From Eledone cirrhosa (Eukaryota), in assembly GCA_964016885.1 (NCBI GenBank), contig OZ024740.1:435736001-435800000 (forward strand): 64,000 nucleotides of DNA, given 5' to 3'. The notes under the pieces are model-generated. The model made no database searches and was not told the DNA's origin. It saw nothing but the letters and a program-made list of their open reading frames with translations. Position 1 is the first letter of the stretch; each line of letters starts with the position of its first letter. A program made the translations under genes and the position numbers. Shown piece by piece: positions 11,520 to 26,399 of this stretch.

Positions 11520-13985
11520 CTGTAGAGCTTGTCTCGAACTGGTAGAGCTCCTCGGTAGCACTGCCAGGGACTTTTGGAAGTTGTCCATCGGTCCGGGGTG
11601 GAAGGTCCTACCGAACAGACTGGCCAGTTCATCTTCCTCTACGCCTAGAGTTTCACTGAGCGCGTCGTCGCACTTGCTGCGAATCAACCCTCTATAGAAT
11701 GACGAAGTGGTGTTGCCGGGTCCACCTGCCAGAGGTCTGTGAGCGCCTGAGCACATTCGATGTGCCAGTCGGCTATTTTCCTCGGTCTTTGCTTGACCCA
11801 GGACTGCAGCTCGGTCAGCGAGACGAGTCGTGGGAAGGCTCGCCTCACGAACGGGGCCCACACCGGTTGTCCGGTGAGGAATACGTAGAGATGCTGCAGC
11901 CTGAGCACGTGTTTGCGCATTGTCAACTACGGCATCCCCAGCCCTCTGTTATAAGGGTGTTGGCAGCAGATGGATCTTCTCACCAAAGGAGCCCGCCTCT
12001 TCCAAAGGAATTGGAAGAGCGCGCGCTCCATTTTGATGAGCGTTTTGGCTGGACAAGGCACAACGGTCAAGCGGTAGTAGATGACGGTTGTTATAAAAGT
12101 GTTCGCCACCTCCGCTCGACCTTTCAAGGATAGTTTGCACTTGGCCCACTTCTGGGTGAGTGCAAACACCTTGGCCGTCACCTCGTTCCAGTTCTTTTCC
12201 ACCTGGAGGTCCGGACCAAACCAGACCCCGAGCAGCTTTACCGGTCCTTCCGTCCAACGACGCCATCGGAAGGCATCGCTTTGCCTCTCCACGTTCCGAG
12301 TTGCAAACTGATGGACTTGTCCCGGTTCAGCTTCGCTCCTGTGAAACTTTCGTATTCCTTCAGTAAGGTGCCGACTTCCTCGATTTGTGAGGCGCTCGAC
12401 ACCATTACTGTTATGTCGTCGGCCTAGGCCAACGCCGCTTTCCGCAGTCCTGGTTCCAGAGGGATGCCCTGCAATAACTCCAACTTCCGCAGTAGTGGCT
12501 TGAGAGTCAGTACGGACAGAAGGGAGGGGAGAGGGCATCCCTGTCGGATGGATCGCGTCATATGGAACGGCCCCGAGAGGTAGCCATTCACCTTGACCCT
12601 TGAGCAGATGTTGCTGTTGTGCATTGCAGCAATCCAGCCCCTGAACACGGGTCCGAAGCCTGCCGCCTCGAGCACCGCATCCAGGTAACGATGGTCAACC
12701 CTATCGAAAGCCATAGACTGATCCAAGTTGATCAGGGCCCCACCAAAGCCGGGTTTACACCCTACCCTCTCTATGATGTATCGCATGAGGTGGAGGTTGT
12801 CGTGTATGGACCTGGTCGGGATTGCGCATGTCTGCACTTCTCCCACCAGGTTCCCGACGACAAGCGCCAGCCTCTTTGCAAACACCTTGGCAAAAATCTG
12901 TAACTCTGTGTTTAGCAGAGTTATGGGCCGGAAGTTGCCTATGTCATCCCCCTTATTCTCGTCCTTCCTGACTAGTGTGACTACGCCCCCGGTCACAGAA
13001 CTGGGAATTCTCCCGTTCTGTTGCCAGTTGCAGTAGACCGCTTCCAGGGGACCAGAGAATAAGTCCGGCATTGCTACGTAAAATTCGTAGGGTAGATCGT
13101 CGAGAACTGGAAATTTGCGTTTGCCGCATTGGCTCAGCGCGTCCCCTATCTCAGCGGCTGAAATCGGCTTTTCGCAGAACTTTGCCTCGCTGTCCGAGAG
13201 TCGCGGTAGGCCGTCGAGGTATGGACCGAAATCCATAGCACCTCCCAGCGCGCCACCCCGCCTGAACAGTTGAGCAAAGTGCCGCTGAAAGGCCGCACAC
13301 ATCTGCTTCGGCTCGCGTATTACGCGTCCGTTTTGGTCCTTCAAAGACTGAATCGTGGACTTGTTGCCACTTTTTGCCTCCGTCACTCGGGCCCAGCTAA
13401 CAGCTTTGGCTCCCTCATTACCCAGAGCACGTATTTTGCTTCTGACAACGCAACCCTTGTCCTTTGCGTCTAAGAACTGGTCCAAGGCCGTTCTCGTTGC
13501 TAGCACGCTGGCTACGTTGCCACTTCTAATTGCCTCTTCTACTTTATCTGTCAGTTCCTTCTCGGTCTTATTTCTATTTAACGCTAATTCTTTACTAAAA
13601 ACTAATAAGTCTAATCTAACTGCCCTCTTGAGAGAGTACCACCATCTGTTGTTGACAATGGCCCCTGTCAAGTGCTGTTTAACTAAAGTGCTAATCCGTC
13701 TACTGTAGGCTTTGCTTGTCGGTAACGACAAGTTCAGCTTCCAGTAGCCGGGTCCTTATCTATGGGTTCTATCAAGGTTGGCCATGCAGGTCACTAGTTT
13801 GTAATCCGAATAGGCAACCATGAACATTTGTGGACAGCTTAACATCTCCCTATCCTTATTTCTAACTAGAACCCTATCTAGGTACGATCTAGATGTTCCG
13901 CTGCGATTAGTCCACGTCCACAGTGGCACAGTCGGAAAATCTAGTCGATATCTATCGGCCAGGTCAAATCGGTCGATTAACTGGA
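11520..13985 (-). mobile_element. L1/Tx1-clade LINE ORF2 fragment (end of EN, RT, thumb); defective
   Basis: YWKLN-like linker, NFRPITLLN, LDQSMAFDRVDH, SIRQGCPL, A*ADD (the Y of YADD is TAG at ~12424), KLLGVWFG, SLKGRAEVAN, RGLGMP. GC-richer than the flanks. Confidence 0.88.
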
Positions 13986-14087
13986 CAGAATTGCTTCCAC
14001 ATCATTCATTCTCATCTCGGGAACAATTTTGAATAGCGCCAGTTCGTAATTTGAACTCGGGAATTTTATATTCTCCGAGTGAAAAGA

Positions 14088-14174
14088 ACCTTCTGACGAG
14101 AGTTTATCTTTTCAATGGAAGGCCGCAAGGACTGTCCATTTAATTTTGAGACTCGAAACCGATTCGGTAAAGGT
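14088..14174 (+). ncRNA. Type I hammerhead ribozyme in a ~250 bp non-coding module (~13985-14235)
   Basis: acctt-CTGACGA-gagttt...agactc-GAAA-ccgattcgg-TA-aaggt. All three stems pair and the cleavage triplet is GUA. Confidence 0.8.
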
Positions 14175-14244
14175 AACCATAGTGAGTACAGTGAATTTTT
14201 TGAAATTTATTTTGAATTTTTGCTAAACCTTGATTATATCTGTC

Positions 14245-14293
<49 letters not shown>

Positions 14294-14294
14294 C

Positions 14295-14330
<36 letters not shown>

Positions 14331-14331
14331 C

Positions 14332-14390
<59 letters not shown>

Positions 14391-14392
<2 letters not shown>

Positions 14393-14725
14393 TCATCATC
14401 ATCGTTTAACGTCCATATTCCACGCTTGCATGGGTTTGGACGGGAGTTTTCCCTCTCGAGGCAAGAGTGGTTGTCTTGCTCGCATAGGACTGTCTGGCGG
14501 GTTTTCTACGGCTGGATGCCCTTCCTAACACCAACCACATTTATAGTGTGGAACTGGGAGGTTTTTACCATGTTACCTACACGGCCACATTACAGCGTGG
14601 ACTGTGTGTTTTTTTGTCGTGACACCTACACGACCTCATTTGTTTCGGGCTGGATGTTGTGACACCAACATAACTTTACATTGAAAGGGGTGGTGTGTTT
14701 GGGGTGGGGGTAGTGGGACGGGGTG
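14391..14725 (-). mobile_element. RTE family B 3' UTR fragment (5'-truncated)
   Basis: Reverse complement of ~21085-21407, with a (GAT)n tail. Confidence 0.85.
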
Positions 14726-14767
<42 letters not shown>

Positions 14768-14768
14768 C

Positions 14769-14817
<49 letters not shown>

Positions 14818-14821
14818 GTCT

Positions 14822-17800
14822 ATATTCCCAAGAACTCCGAGGATAAATCTCAAGGATCACAAAAACAATTTTCGTACTGAACTACCTGTTAGACTAATCG
14901 CCCCCTCTAAATCAGATCTGGGGGTTGTTAGCAAAGCCATCTTGGATAGAATTATCCCACAGGTTCGTTCTAATTGCTCTTCTTTGAACTTAGATTTATG
15001 ATTTGGTACTTCTGAAGTGATTGGCTGATTCAACAAATTGAATAAGAAAAATAAACAAAAATTTATTCAATTTGATATTGCCAGCTACTATTCTTCTATT
15101 TCGCCCTCACTTCTCAACAATGCTCTATCTTTCGCTTACAAATATTCAGACATCACCACAGATGAACTTCACATCATTCTCACCGCACGTAAAACCATCT
15201 TAGAGTTCAACAATGAATATTGGACCAACTTTGACATTACAATGGTGCATCCGATTCATCCCAATTGACAGATTTAATTGGTATCTTTATTTTGTACTCT
15301 TTGAATCGGAAAATTCCTCAACTTCGCGGTGGAATTTATCGTGACGATGGACTCTTTACTATCTTAAATTGCAACATAGTTAACCTTAATATTATTAAGA
15401 ACAATATACGTAATCTCTTTAACCAACATAACTTAAAAATTGAATTTGATAACAGCATCAAACTAGCTAATTTCTTGGATGTATCTCTTAATCTTGACAC
15501 TGGCCTATATTACCCTTACCATAAAAACAATGAGAACCTAAATTATGTTAATTTTAAATCTAACCACCCCACTAATATTAAGGATGCTATAGTTAGTAAT
15601 ATTGGAAAAAGAATATCTAACCTATCTTCTAATAAAAACATCTTTGATGCTAACGCCAATTACTATAATAACGCACTTTCTAAAGTCGGTTATCCTGATA
15701 AAATCAAATATAGTAAAGAAACAAATTCTAGAAGAACTTAAAGTAGAATAATTAATCATGATCATTCCAATAACTTTAATAAAAGACCTAGATACAAAAA
15801 CATAATCTGGTATAATGCTCCTTTCTCCATCTCTATTAATAATAATATTCCTAAATTATTCTTTAGTGCCTTAAATAAATACATCCCTCCCTCACATATC
15901 TATAGTAAAATATTTAACAAATACACTATAAAATGTTCCTATTCGACCTCCTCCGACATCTCCAACACTATCTCTAAACACAACAATAAAATACTAAATA
16001 CTAAATCTCTTCCTTCCAACACTGAATATCATAATAATAGTAATAGTACTCCCGACATCATTGTTAACTCTAGGCTAATTTCTGCAAACCCAAATACAAC
16101 GTCAAACGCAACTTCGCTAAATGTTCTTAATCCCATTCTAAATCAAGAAACTATTATTCCTATCGTAAATAACTTCTCCAATCCAATCCCTTCTATAGAT
16201 AACACTCGGTCACTTGTTAATAACTCTGTTAATCTCTCTAATCGCAATTGCGATTGCCCTGTTAAAAATAAATGTCCTCTCAACAACCATTGTCTTGAAA
16301 AAAACTTAATCTACGAATGTAAAGTTATAACTGACACCAATTCCTTTACCTATTTTTGGCTCCACTTCCACCTCCTTTAAAGCTCGTCTTTATAATCATC
16401 ATTTGTCTTTTAAATACCAACTTAAAAGAACCAACACGGCACTCTCAGAACTCATATGGTCCTTGAAAGACAAAAATATTAACTATAACATCTCTTGGAA
16501 GAAGGTTTGTTCTGCTTCTACATACTTGAATAGTTCTCTATCCAAGACATGCAATCTCTGTTTATGTGAAAAATTTACCATTATACCTAATTTAGATTCT
16601 ATAATAAATAGACGCACTGACTTGTTTTCTCTCTGCTTGCATAAATTCCACAGAACATTCCATAAAGTATACAGCTAATATCTAATACTTTATCAATTAA
16701 AATCCTTTTCTCAAAGGCACATATATATATACATATATATTTCTTTAAAAATATACCCATCTTTCTACCTTATTTCAATGTTATTTATAATACATTATAT
16801 AATACTAGTTACTCATTCTATATCACTCCTATTTAACACTTCCCTTTCTTTTTTCCTTTTTTCTTTTCTTTTTTTCTTTTTCTTTTAATTTCTAACCCCT
16901 AATCTGTACCTTTTCTTCCTAGATACTTCTCAATTATCATTGTGCCTAACGTAGAAACAATTATTACTCAGCACAATATATTCTTACTTTATACACCTTG
17001 AAAAAATCCTTTGTAAACATAAACATTTTTTTGACGTTTGATTATTCATCCTCAATTCATTATCTTTTTCTCCCTTTCATGCTCATCTAACTTATACATA
17101 TTACACTTATTCAACCATTCTTCTACTTCTTTCACAATATATCCTTAATTACATTACTATTGCTATATTTTAATATTTTTTAATAATACATATCAACAAT
17201 TTCTTTCCATCGCACATATTATTAAACCCTTAAATATTATTCTTAATACATATTAACAATTTCTTTTCATCACACATATTATTAAACCCTTCAATATACA
17301 AACCTTAATTTAACATTATTCTTAAATTTTTCTCTTCGTTAATTTTCAAATTCTTTTAATTTATATATTATCTTCCAACGGTTTTTTAACCTCTCTATGT
17401 AAAACAATATATTTTTCTCAGTTATAAAAGCTATCCCTCTCTCTCTATCACCCATCTCTTCTCCTATCTCATCCGTCCTTATTATACTCCTCCCCCTCCA
17501 TTCTTTACTCTCATCTTCTCCTCTTTTTCACACCCCCCCCCTCATTTTTTTTCCCAATATCACACATCAATCTATAACTACTTTTCATATGTGGATTTAA
17601 AACTGCACTATTCACAAGTGTGTTTTAACCTTCCTATCATGTCTCCCTATTTTATCTGATGAAAACGCAAATGTCATCGCATGATGATATTTGTTTTTGA
17701 AATGCGCATAATAAAATACATGGTACTCTTTTAACCATCTTTTGATCTTATATATTATTTATACTCCAATCCTACAAATAGTAGAGTGCTACTTATCCGA

Positions 17801-17920
17801 TATCTGCATTGCTTTATTGTACTACAATAAAACTCACCTACTACATATATACTTAGGTTAGTAGGAGTTAGGTATTATATACCTGTGTCCCGTTAAGGTA
17901 TTGGCAGCATAATAATTCTA
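14822..17920 (+). mobile_element. Second Penelope-like element (different family, same type), 5'-truncated and decayed
   Basis: INLKDHK, QFDIASYYSSI, GIYRDDGL, NFLDVSL, SNHP, WYNAPF, CDC..CPL..C, CNLCLCEK and NRRTDL across stops and frameshifts (14822-16678). The 3' UTR contains an HHR. Confidence 0.88.
17648..17718 (+). ncRNA. Type I hammerhead ribozyme in the PLE2 3' region
   Basis: tattttat-CTGATGA-aaacgcaaatgtcatc/gatgatatttgttttt-GAAA-tgcgca-TA-ataaaata, with a palindromic stem III. Confidence 0.8.
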
Positions 17921-17944
17921 CATATATATATATATATATATATA

Positions 17945-20900
17945 TATCACCAAAGATAAAGACAAATTCACCTCATGCTGCCGAACGAAAAGGCAAGGAC
18001 TCCTCCTCTTTGTTTCGGCCGCGGATGGCCAACATAACCCCAACCCCAGCCCCCTCACCCTCCCTGCACCCCAACGTTCCCACCCACCAAACGCAATCCA
18101 AAACTTCAGGTACCATGAATGTAGGCACCTTAAATGGTCGCTCTAACGAGGTTGTAGAAATGCTTGAATGTAAGGAGGTTGATGTTTGCTGTATCCAAGA
18201 GACCAGGTGGAGGGGTGGGTCTGCTAGATTCATTGTGGGTAAAAAACGATGCTCTAAGCTTTGCTGGGTGGGGTAGGAATCATGTTAGCAGAAAAATGGG
18301 TAGATAAGATAATAGACGTAAATAGAGTGAACGACAATAATTAAAATAAGACTTGTCCAAAATAGAACTACTGTGACAGTAATATCTGCGTACGCACCCC
18401 AATCCGGACTGCCTGGCGTTATAAAAGACAGATTCTATGAGACATTGATGCTCACGACCTCCCAAATAACCGACAGTAACTACATAATTATTGCTGGCGA
18501 CCTAAATGGTCACGTTGGACAACATTGTGATGGCTATGATGGAATCCATGGAGGCTATGGGTTTGGTACTAGAAATGAGGAAGGCTCCAGAATCCTGGAA
18601 TTCTGTGACGCAAATAACCTAACAGTCTGTAACACTAACTTCAAAAAATGAGACAATCACTTGATCACCTTTAGATCAGGGGAACACGCCAGTCAGATAG
18701 ATTATATCCTTACCAAAGAAGTGACAGAGTGTCTGTCGTAAACACTAAATCCCTCCCCCATGAAGAATGCACCTCCCAACATAGATTCATAGTCAGCGAC
18801 CTCGTAGTCAGGACAAGACGTACTCGACAACAGAGGAGGACTATCCTCAGGAGAAAAATATGGAAGCTAAAGGACCCCACAGCCAGTAATAAATTTAAAA
18901 GCATATTACTTGATGCTTTTGACAGTATGGAAGAGCAATTAGAGTCGTACAATATAGAGGAACAGTGGGAATTCCTGAAAGCTAACCTGCTGAAGGCGGC
19001 AGATGAAGTCTGTGGCTGGAGCAGGCCTATAGGCAGGAGGAGAGTAAATTGGTGGTGAAACAGTAAGGTGGAGAAGTCAATTAAGGCCAAAAAGCAGGCT
19101 TGGAAAGTATGGAGGGATGGAGGAAGTAGAGAAGACGATCAAGTGGCCAGGAGGGAAGCTAGGAGACAAGTGTACTTTGCAAGAAGGGAAGCAGAGGAAA
19201 GAAAGTTCAAGCATGTTCTACAACGCGAGGACCAAAAACGTGAGGTGTCCAGGATTGCTAGGCAATGTGTCAAGGAAAACAGTTATATTGTCGGGGAGAA
19301 GTGTGTCCTTAATGATGATGGTGCACTTGCCATCACTGACGCTGATAAGAAGGTAGCTTGGAAGTGACACTACGAAAGGCTAGTAAATGGGGAGAATAAA
19401 TAGAGGGACCAGCAGTGCTAGTTGAAGGTAGTATAATAAGTAAGGCAATCAAAGATATGAAGACGGGTAAGGCGGCTGGGCCTTCGGAAATAGTTGCTGA
19501 AATGCTGAAAGCATAGTAAACCAAGTCATACAGAATGGGGCCGTTCCGAAGGACTGGCGTAGCAGCATCATCATTAACTGCTACAAGGGTAAAGGAGATG
19601 CCCTAGATAGGGGTAAATATAGAGGCATTAAATTAATCGACCATGTCATGAAGGTCACAGAAAAAGTAATAGCGCAACTAATCAGAGAACGAATTAATCT
19701 AGATGAAATGTAGTTCGTGTTTGTGTCAGGTAAAAGTACCACAGACGCTCTTTTCATTGTACGACAACTACAGGAGAAGTACCTAGCTAAAAGTAAACCC
19801 CTATACTTAGCTTTTGTTGACTTGGAGAAAGCCTTTGACAGAGTCACCTGCTCCATTATCTGGTGGGCTTTTAGAAAACTAGGTGTTGATGAATGGCTTG
19901 TGAGAGTTATACAAGCCATGTATAAAGAAACAGTCAGCAAGGTTAGAATTAACAACGAATATAGTGAAGAGTTTAGCGTAAAAGTTGGTGTTCATCAGGG
20001 CTCCGTCCTTAGCCCCCTCCTATTTATTATTATCTTTCAGGCTATAACAGTGGAGTTCAAGACGGCTGCCCATGGGAACTCCTATACGCAGATGATCTAA
20101 CGCTCATAGCTGAATCAATGGCCGAACTAGAGAAGAAATTTCAAATATGGAAGCATGGCCTAGAATCAAAAGGCCTTAAAATTAACCTGTCAAAAACTAA
20201 AGTTCTAGTTTGGAAAATAGGGCACCAGTCCCATCTGGGAAATGGCCATGCTCAGTGTGTAGGAAAGGAGTAGGCAGAAACTCCATTTTATGTCCCAAAT
20301 GCAAAGTATGGGTGCATAAAAGATGTAGTGGGATCACAGGTAAGCTAACTAAGAACATAGATTTTACATGTGGCCGGTGCTCTGGTGTAATAAGTAGCAG
20401 CAAGTGCCCACAGAATACTAGCTCATTCCATTGCACAGATGGTTCTATAGAAATAGTGGACACCTTCCGTTACCTGGGTGACAAAATCAGCAGTGGGGGA
20501 GGGTGCTCTGAAAGTACAGTAGCTAGAGTCAGAACGGGATGGAAAAAGTTCAGAGAGCTTATACCACTATTGGCCGCTAAAGGGTTCTCACTAAAAATGA
20601 AAGGCAGGTTGTATGATGCCTGCATACGAACAGCAATGTTGCATGGCAGTGAGACCTGGGCATTGTGTGCAGAGGATATACGCAGACTAGAGAGGAACGA
20701 AGCTTGCACGCTCCGCTGGATGTGTAATAGTAATATACGTGAACGGCAAAGCATAAACGAACTAAGGGAGAAATTAGGAATAAGAGGGATCAGATGTTGT
20801 TTACTCGAGAGAAGACTACGTTGGTACGGTCACGTGATGCGCATGAAAGACGACAGCTGTATAAAAAAGTGCAGGGCGATAAAAATAGACGGTAGCCACG

Positions 20901-21407
20901 GAATAGGCAGACCCAGAAAAACCTGGGACGACTTGCTAAATTCCGACCTCACACACTTACACCTCTCCAAGACAATGTCACTGGACCGAGATCTTTGGCG
21001 GCACTCAGTAATAAAGAAGACCCGCCTTACCTACATACAAAGTAAAACCTACTACAGGCAGTAGGCATCTCTAACAAAATACACCCCTACCCCATCCACA
21101 CCGCCCCTTTCAATGTAAAGTTATGTTGGTACCAGAACATCCAGTTCGAAACAAATGAGGTCGTGTAGGTGTCACGAAAAAAAAAAACACACAGTCCACG
21201 CTGTAATATGGCCGTGTAGGTAACACGGTAAAAACCTCCCAGTCCCACACTGTAAATGTGGTTGGTGTTAGGAAGGGCATCCAGCCGTAGAAAACCCGCC
21301 AGACAGTCCTATGCGAGCAAGACAACCAATCTTGCTTCAAGTGGGAAAACTCCCGTCCAAACCCATGCGAGCGTGGAATATGAACGTTAAACGAAGATGA
21401 TGATGAT
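17945..21407 (+). mobile_element. RTE-clade LINE, family B, near full length with many stops
   Basis: TMNVGTL, CIQETRW, SAYAPQ, GDLNGHVG, VDLEKAFDRV, GVHQGSVLSP, YADD (~20084-20095), [20 protein letters not shown]. The ~340 bp 3' UTR ends in (GAT)n. Confidence 0.92.
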
Positions 21408-21550
21408 GTCTATATATATATATATCTGTCTATATATGTCTATGTATGTCTATATATATATATATATATAATGGAAGAAATGTGGTAAGGAACCTGGTGG
21501 ACCATAACGCACCAAAGTATTCAATACTTAGGGTAGTAGAGTGGGTAATA

Positions 21551-21662
21551 GGAACGAGTAGGACCCCGACGGCTGAGCTCAAGCCGTTTCGACGGCTAAT
21601 TCTGGACGCAGAATTAGCCGTCGAAACGGCTTGAGCTCAGCCGTCGGGGTCCTACTCGTTCC
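21551..21662. repeat. Perfect 54-bp-arm palindrome built from the 3' half of a hammerhead (module ~21470-21663)
   Basis: Arms 21551-21604 and 21609-21662, loop gacg. Each strand reads stem II-GAAA-cggc..gccg-TC-ggggtcc. Confidence 0.85.
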
Positions 21663-21704
21663 CACATATATATATATATATATATATATAAATATATATA
21701 TACT

Positions 21705-22020
21705 TATATATGTGAAGTAATTCCGTCGGAAAAGTCCAGGAAAAAAGAGTGCTCTATGTAGGTAACAGAGCTTAATAGTTATGTAATATGTGTATGTATA
21801 TAATCGTGCGTGTGTGTTTGCATGTATATTTTTATTTTATTTTTCCTTTCCTTCTTCCTTCTCCAGCCTCACTTTCATATAGATTGCATTTTTGTTTTTT
21901 AAAATCCAATTCAATAAATAGACCAGGATTTTTTCATTCTGATGATTGAAAGCAAAATTTTTTGCTTTTAAGAAACCACTGGTAAATAGAATAATTGCCT
22001 TATGTTGTTTATTACATAAC
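21705..22020 (+). mobile_element. Third copy of the 200-1680 module, with its 3' tail inverted and placed upstream
   Basis: 21708-21775 is the reverse complement of 1612-1678. 21808-22020 is a direct copy of ~1390-1600. Confidence 0.75.
21931..21992 (+). ncRNA. Type I hammerhead ribozyme
   Basis: ttttcatt-CTGATGA-ttgaaagcaaaa/ttttgcttttaa-GAAA-ccactgg-TA-aatagaa. Confidence 0.8.
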
Positions 22021-22034
22021 TATATACATATATT

Positions 22035-22590
22035 TCGTTTCTGAATTTGTTTAGCAAGATTCTTTATCTGAAATCGTGTGTTGAAACCGATATTGTTATA
22101 CTTTGGGAGGGTCATGTTGCCAATAAGAAACACACGCACCAGTTGCTTTCACTTCAATTTATTATATATTTATAAATTTACAAATTTACAAATTTATAAA
22201 TTTATAAATTTCTGGTTGGTTGGTTGGTTGGTTCCACAACCAGATAGTTGTTTATATATAGTCATAGTCCTTTCGTCACACACTCTGTGACCTCTTCAGT
22301 GACTGGGGATTCCTTTCTTTGTTTCTGTGCCTCTCCTTTGTTCTGTCCTACGCCATTTTGTCTCTGTGTGTGTGTTGTGTGCTCAGTTTGCGCATGCGCC
22401 ACATCCGGGTGTCTGTGTGTGTTTATGTTCATTTATCTATTTGTTTATTTATTTATTTATTTACATGTTATTGGTTGGTTGTTTGTTCTATGTTTGTAAA
22501 TTTATAAATATATAATAAATTGAAGTGAAAGCAACTGGTGCGTGTGTTTCTTATTGGCAACATGACCCTCCCAAAGTATAACAATATATA
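22035..22590 (-). mobile_element. Short non-coding element with ~90 bp inverted repeats (22090-22180 / 22495-22587) enclosing an HHR
   Basis: 'atattgttatactttgggagggtcatgttgccaataagaaacacacgcaccagttgctttcacttcaatttatt' and its exact reverse complement. Related to 29030-29380. Confidence 0.65.
22260..22304 (-). ncRNA. Minimal type I hammerhead ribozyme
   Basis: Minus strand: agtca-CTGAAGA-g-gtcaca(gagtg)tgtgac-GAAA-ggac-TA-tgact. Confidence 0.7.
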
Positions 22591-22699
22591 TATATATATC
22601 TGTCTCTATATATATATATATATTTGGCCGGAGTATCGCTACAAAGCTTTCTCCGATATTGTACTTATTTATATATATATATATATATATTAGAAAGTG

Positions 22700-22735
<36 letters not shown>

Positions 22736-22847
22736 ATGAAAAATAACCGAGGTGTCCTTCAAGAGAGAAAGTATAAAGAAAAAAAGATGAAATCGAAAAT
22801 GCAACTGAAGTCTTATTTAAAAAAAAAATATATATATTTATTTGGTT

Positions 22848-22884
22848 CCTTTACCGGTTTCGCAGTTCTTCTGCTTTTCAAAGG
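22848..22884 (-). ncRNA. Degenerate minimal hammerhead (mutated CUGANGA box)
   Basis: Minus strand: cctt-TGAAAA-gcag(aagaa)ctgc-GAAA-ccgg-TA-aagg. Confidence 0.45.
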
Positions 22885-22978
22885 TAGAGTTGAGATGGAG
22901 GCTCTGTGGTTTTTCTCACATCTGAGATGTGATATATATATATATATAATCTGTCTATATATATATATATATATAATC

Positions 22979-23031
<53 letters not shown>

Positions 23032-23054
23032 GTCTATATATATATATATATATA

Positions 23055-23213
23055 GGAAGGGCATCCAGCTGTAGAAATCAAGCCAGATCAGTTCCTGTAT
23101 GAGCAAGGCATGGTCAGCCGACCAGACACTGCACACAACAGGACAACCCGTCTAACCCATGCTAGCGTGGAAGATCGGACGTAAAATGGTGATGATGATG
23201 ATGATGATGATGA
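23055..23213 (+). mobile_element. RTE family C-type 3' tail fragment
   Basis: Matches the reverse complement of 29451-29607, with a (GAT)n tail. Confidence 0.8.
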
Positions 23214-23221
23214 TTTATATC

Positions 23222-23264
<43 letters not shown>

Positions 23265-23298
23265 GTCTGTCTATATATATATATATCTGTCTATATAT

Positions 23299-24795
<1,497 letters not shown>

Positions 24796-24978
24796 AATAC
24801 AATAACAGAGATAGTTTAAAGCTAAACTCTGACTAGTAACCATCTCACTCAACAAACATTAGGTTATATTAAAATATAAACCCAATTTAAGTGTTTGGGG
24901 TGCTAACAATATGTATAATGTGGAAAAACCAGTTGTATTATTTTATGAGATATAATTAAAGTTAAAGTATATCTCTCT

Positions 24979-25104
24979 TTCCAAACAATTGTTTCATTAT
25001 AAGTTTTCTACAAGTTTGGGAGAATGTTTCCAGTTTATGTAGAAGCCTAATATATATTCATGTAAGAATATATTTAGGTGGGCACTTATAAATCATCAGT
25101 GGAA
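24979..25104 (-). ncRNA. Type I hammerhead with a large stem II insert (module ~24795-25290)
   Basis: Minus strand: ttcca-CTGATGA-tttataagt...acttataat-GAAA-caattg-TT-tggaa, with a palindromic stem III. Confidence 0.65.
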
Positions 25105-25304
25105 GCCCATTAAACATTGATATAAGAAAACAATTTCTTACCGCTGTCAAAAATCATGTCCGTAAAGTAGCTCTCTCTCGCCTCGAATGACCGCCAAATT
25201 TGAAATTCCAGCAGTTTTTGACTGAGGAAGTATCATAGCAACACGAAGCGGGAAGGGGAGACAACTCACGAAATGAGGAAAAAAAAAATAATAATATATA
25301 TATC

Positions 25305-25377
<73 letters not shown>

Positions 25378-25448
25378 GTCTATATATATATATATATATA
25401 TATATGTCTATATATATATATATATATCTGTCTATATATATATATATA

Positions 25449-25486
<38 letters not shown>

Positions 25487-25535
25487 TATATATATATATA
25501 GACAGATATATATTTATATATATATATATATAGAC

Positions 25536-25671
<136 letters not shown>

Positions 25672-25808
25672 GTCTATATATATATATCTGTCTCTCTCTC
25701 TCTATCTCTATATATATATATATATATATATCATCATCATCATCATCATCGTTTAACGTCCATGTTCCACGCTTGCATGGGTTTGGGCGGTATATATATA
25801 TATATCTG

Positions 25809-25861
<53 letters not shown>

Positions 25862-25880
25862 GTCTATATATATATATATA

Positions 25881-26310
25881 TCATCATCATCATCATCATC
25901 AACGTTTAACGTCCGTGTTCCACGCTTGCATGGGTTTGGACGGGGGTTTTCCTACTTGAGGCAAGAGTGATTGTCTTGCTCGCATAGGACTGTCTGGCAG
26001 GTTTTCTACAGTTGGATGCCCTTCCTAACACCAACCACATTTACAGTGTGGGTCTGGGAGGTTTATATCGTGTTGCCTACACGGCCACATTACAGCGTGG
26101 ACTGTGTGTTTTTTTGTCGTGACACCTACACGATCTCATTTGTTTCGGCCTGGATGTTGTGGCACCAACATAACTTTACATAGAAGGGGGCGGTGTGGAT
26201 GGGGTGGGGGTGGTGGGACGGGGGTGTATTTTGTTAGAGATGCCTACTGACTGGAGTAGGTTTTACTTTGTATTTAGGTAAGGCGGGTCTTCTCTATTAC
26301 TGAGTACCGA
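25881..26310 (-). mobile_element. RTE family B 3' end fragment
   Basis: Reverse complement of ~21000-21407. Confidence 0.85.
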
Positions 26311-26322
26311 TATATATATATC

Positions 26323-26359
<37 letters not shown>

Positions 26360-26399
26360 GTCTGTCTATATATATATATATATGTCTGTCTATATATAT

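Noticed and set aside
11262-12366. Several overlapping GC-rich ORFs on both strands
   Set aside because: Alternative frames and antisense of the RTE and L1/Tx1 remnants.
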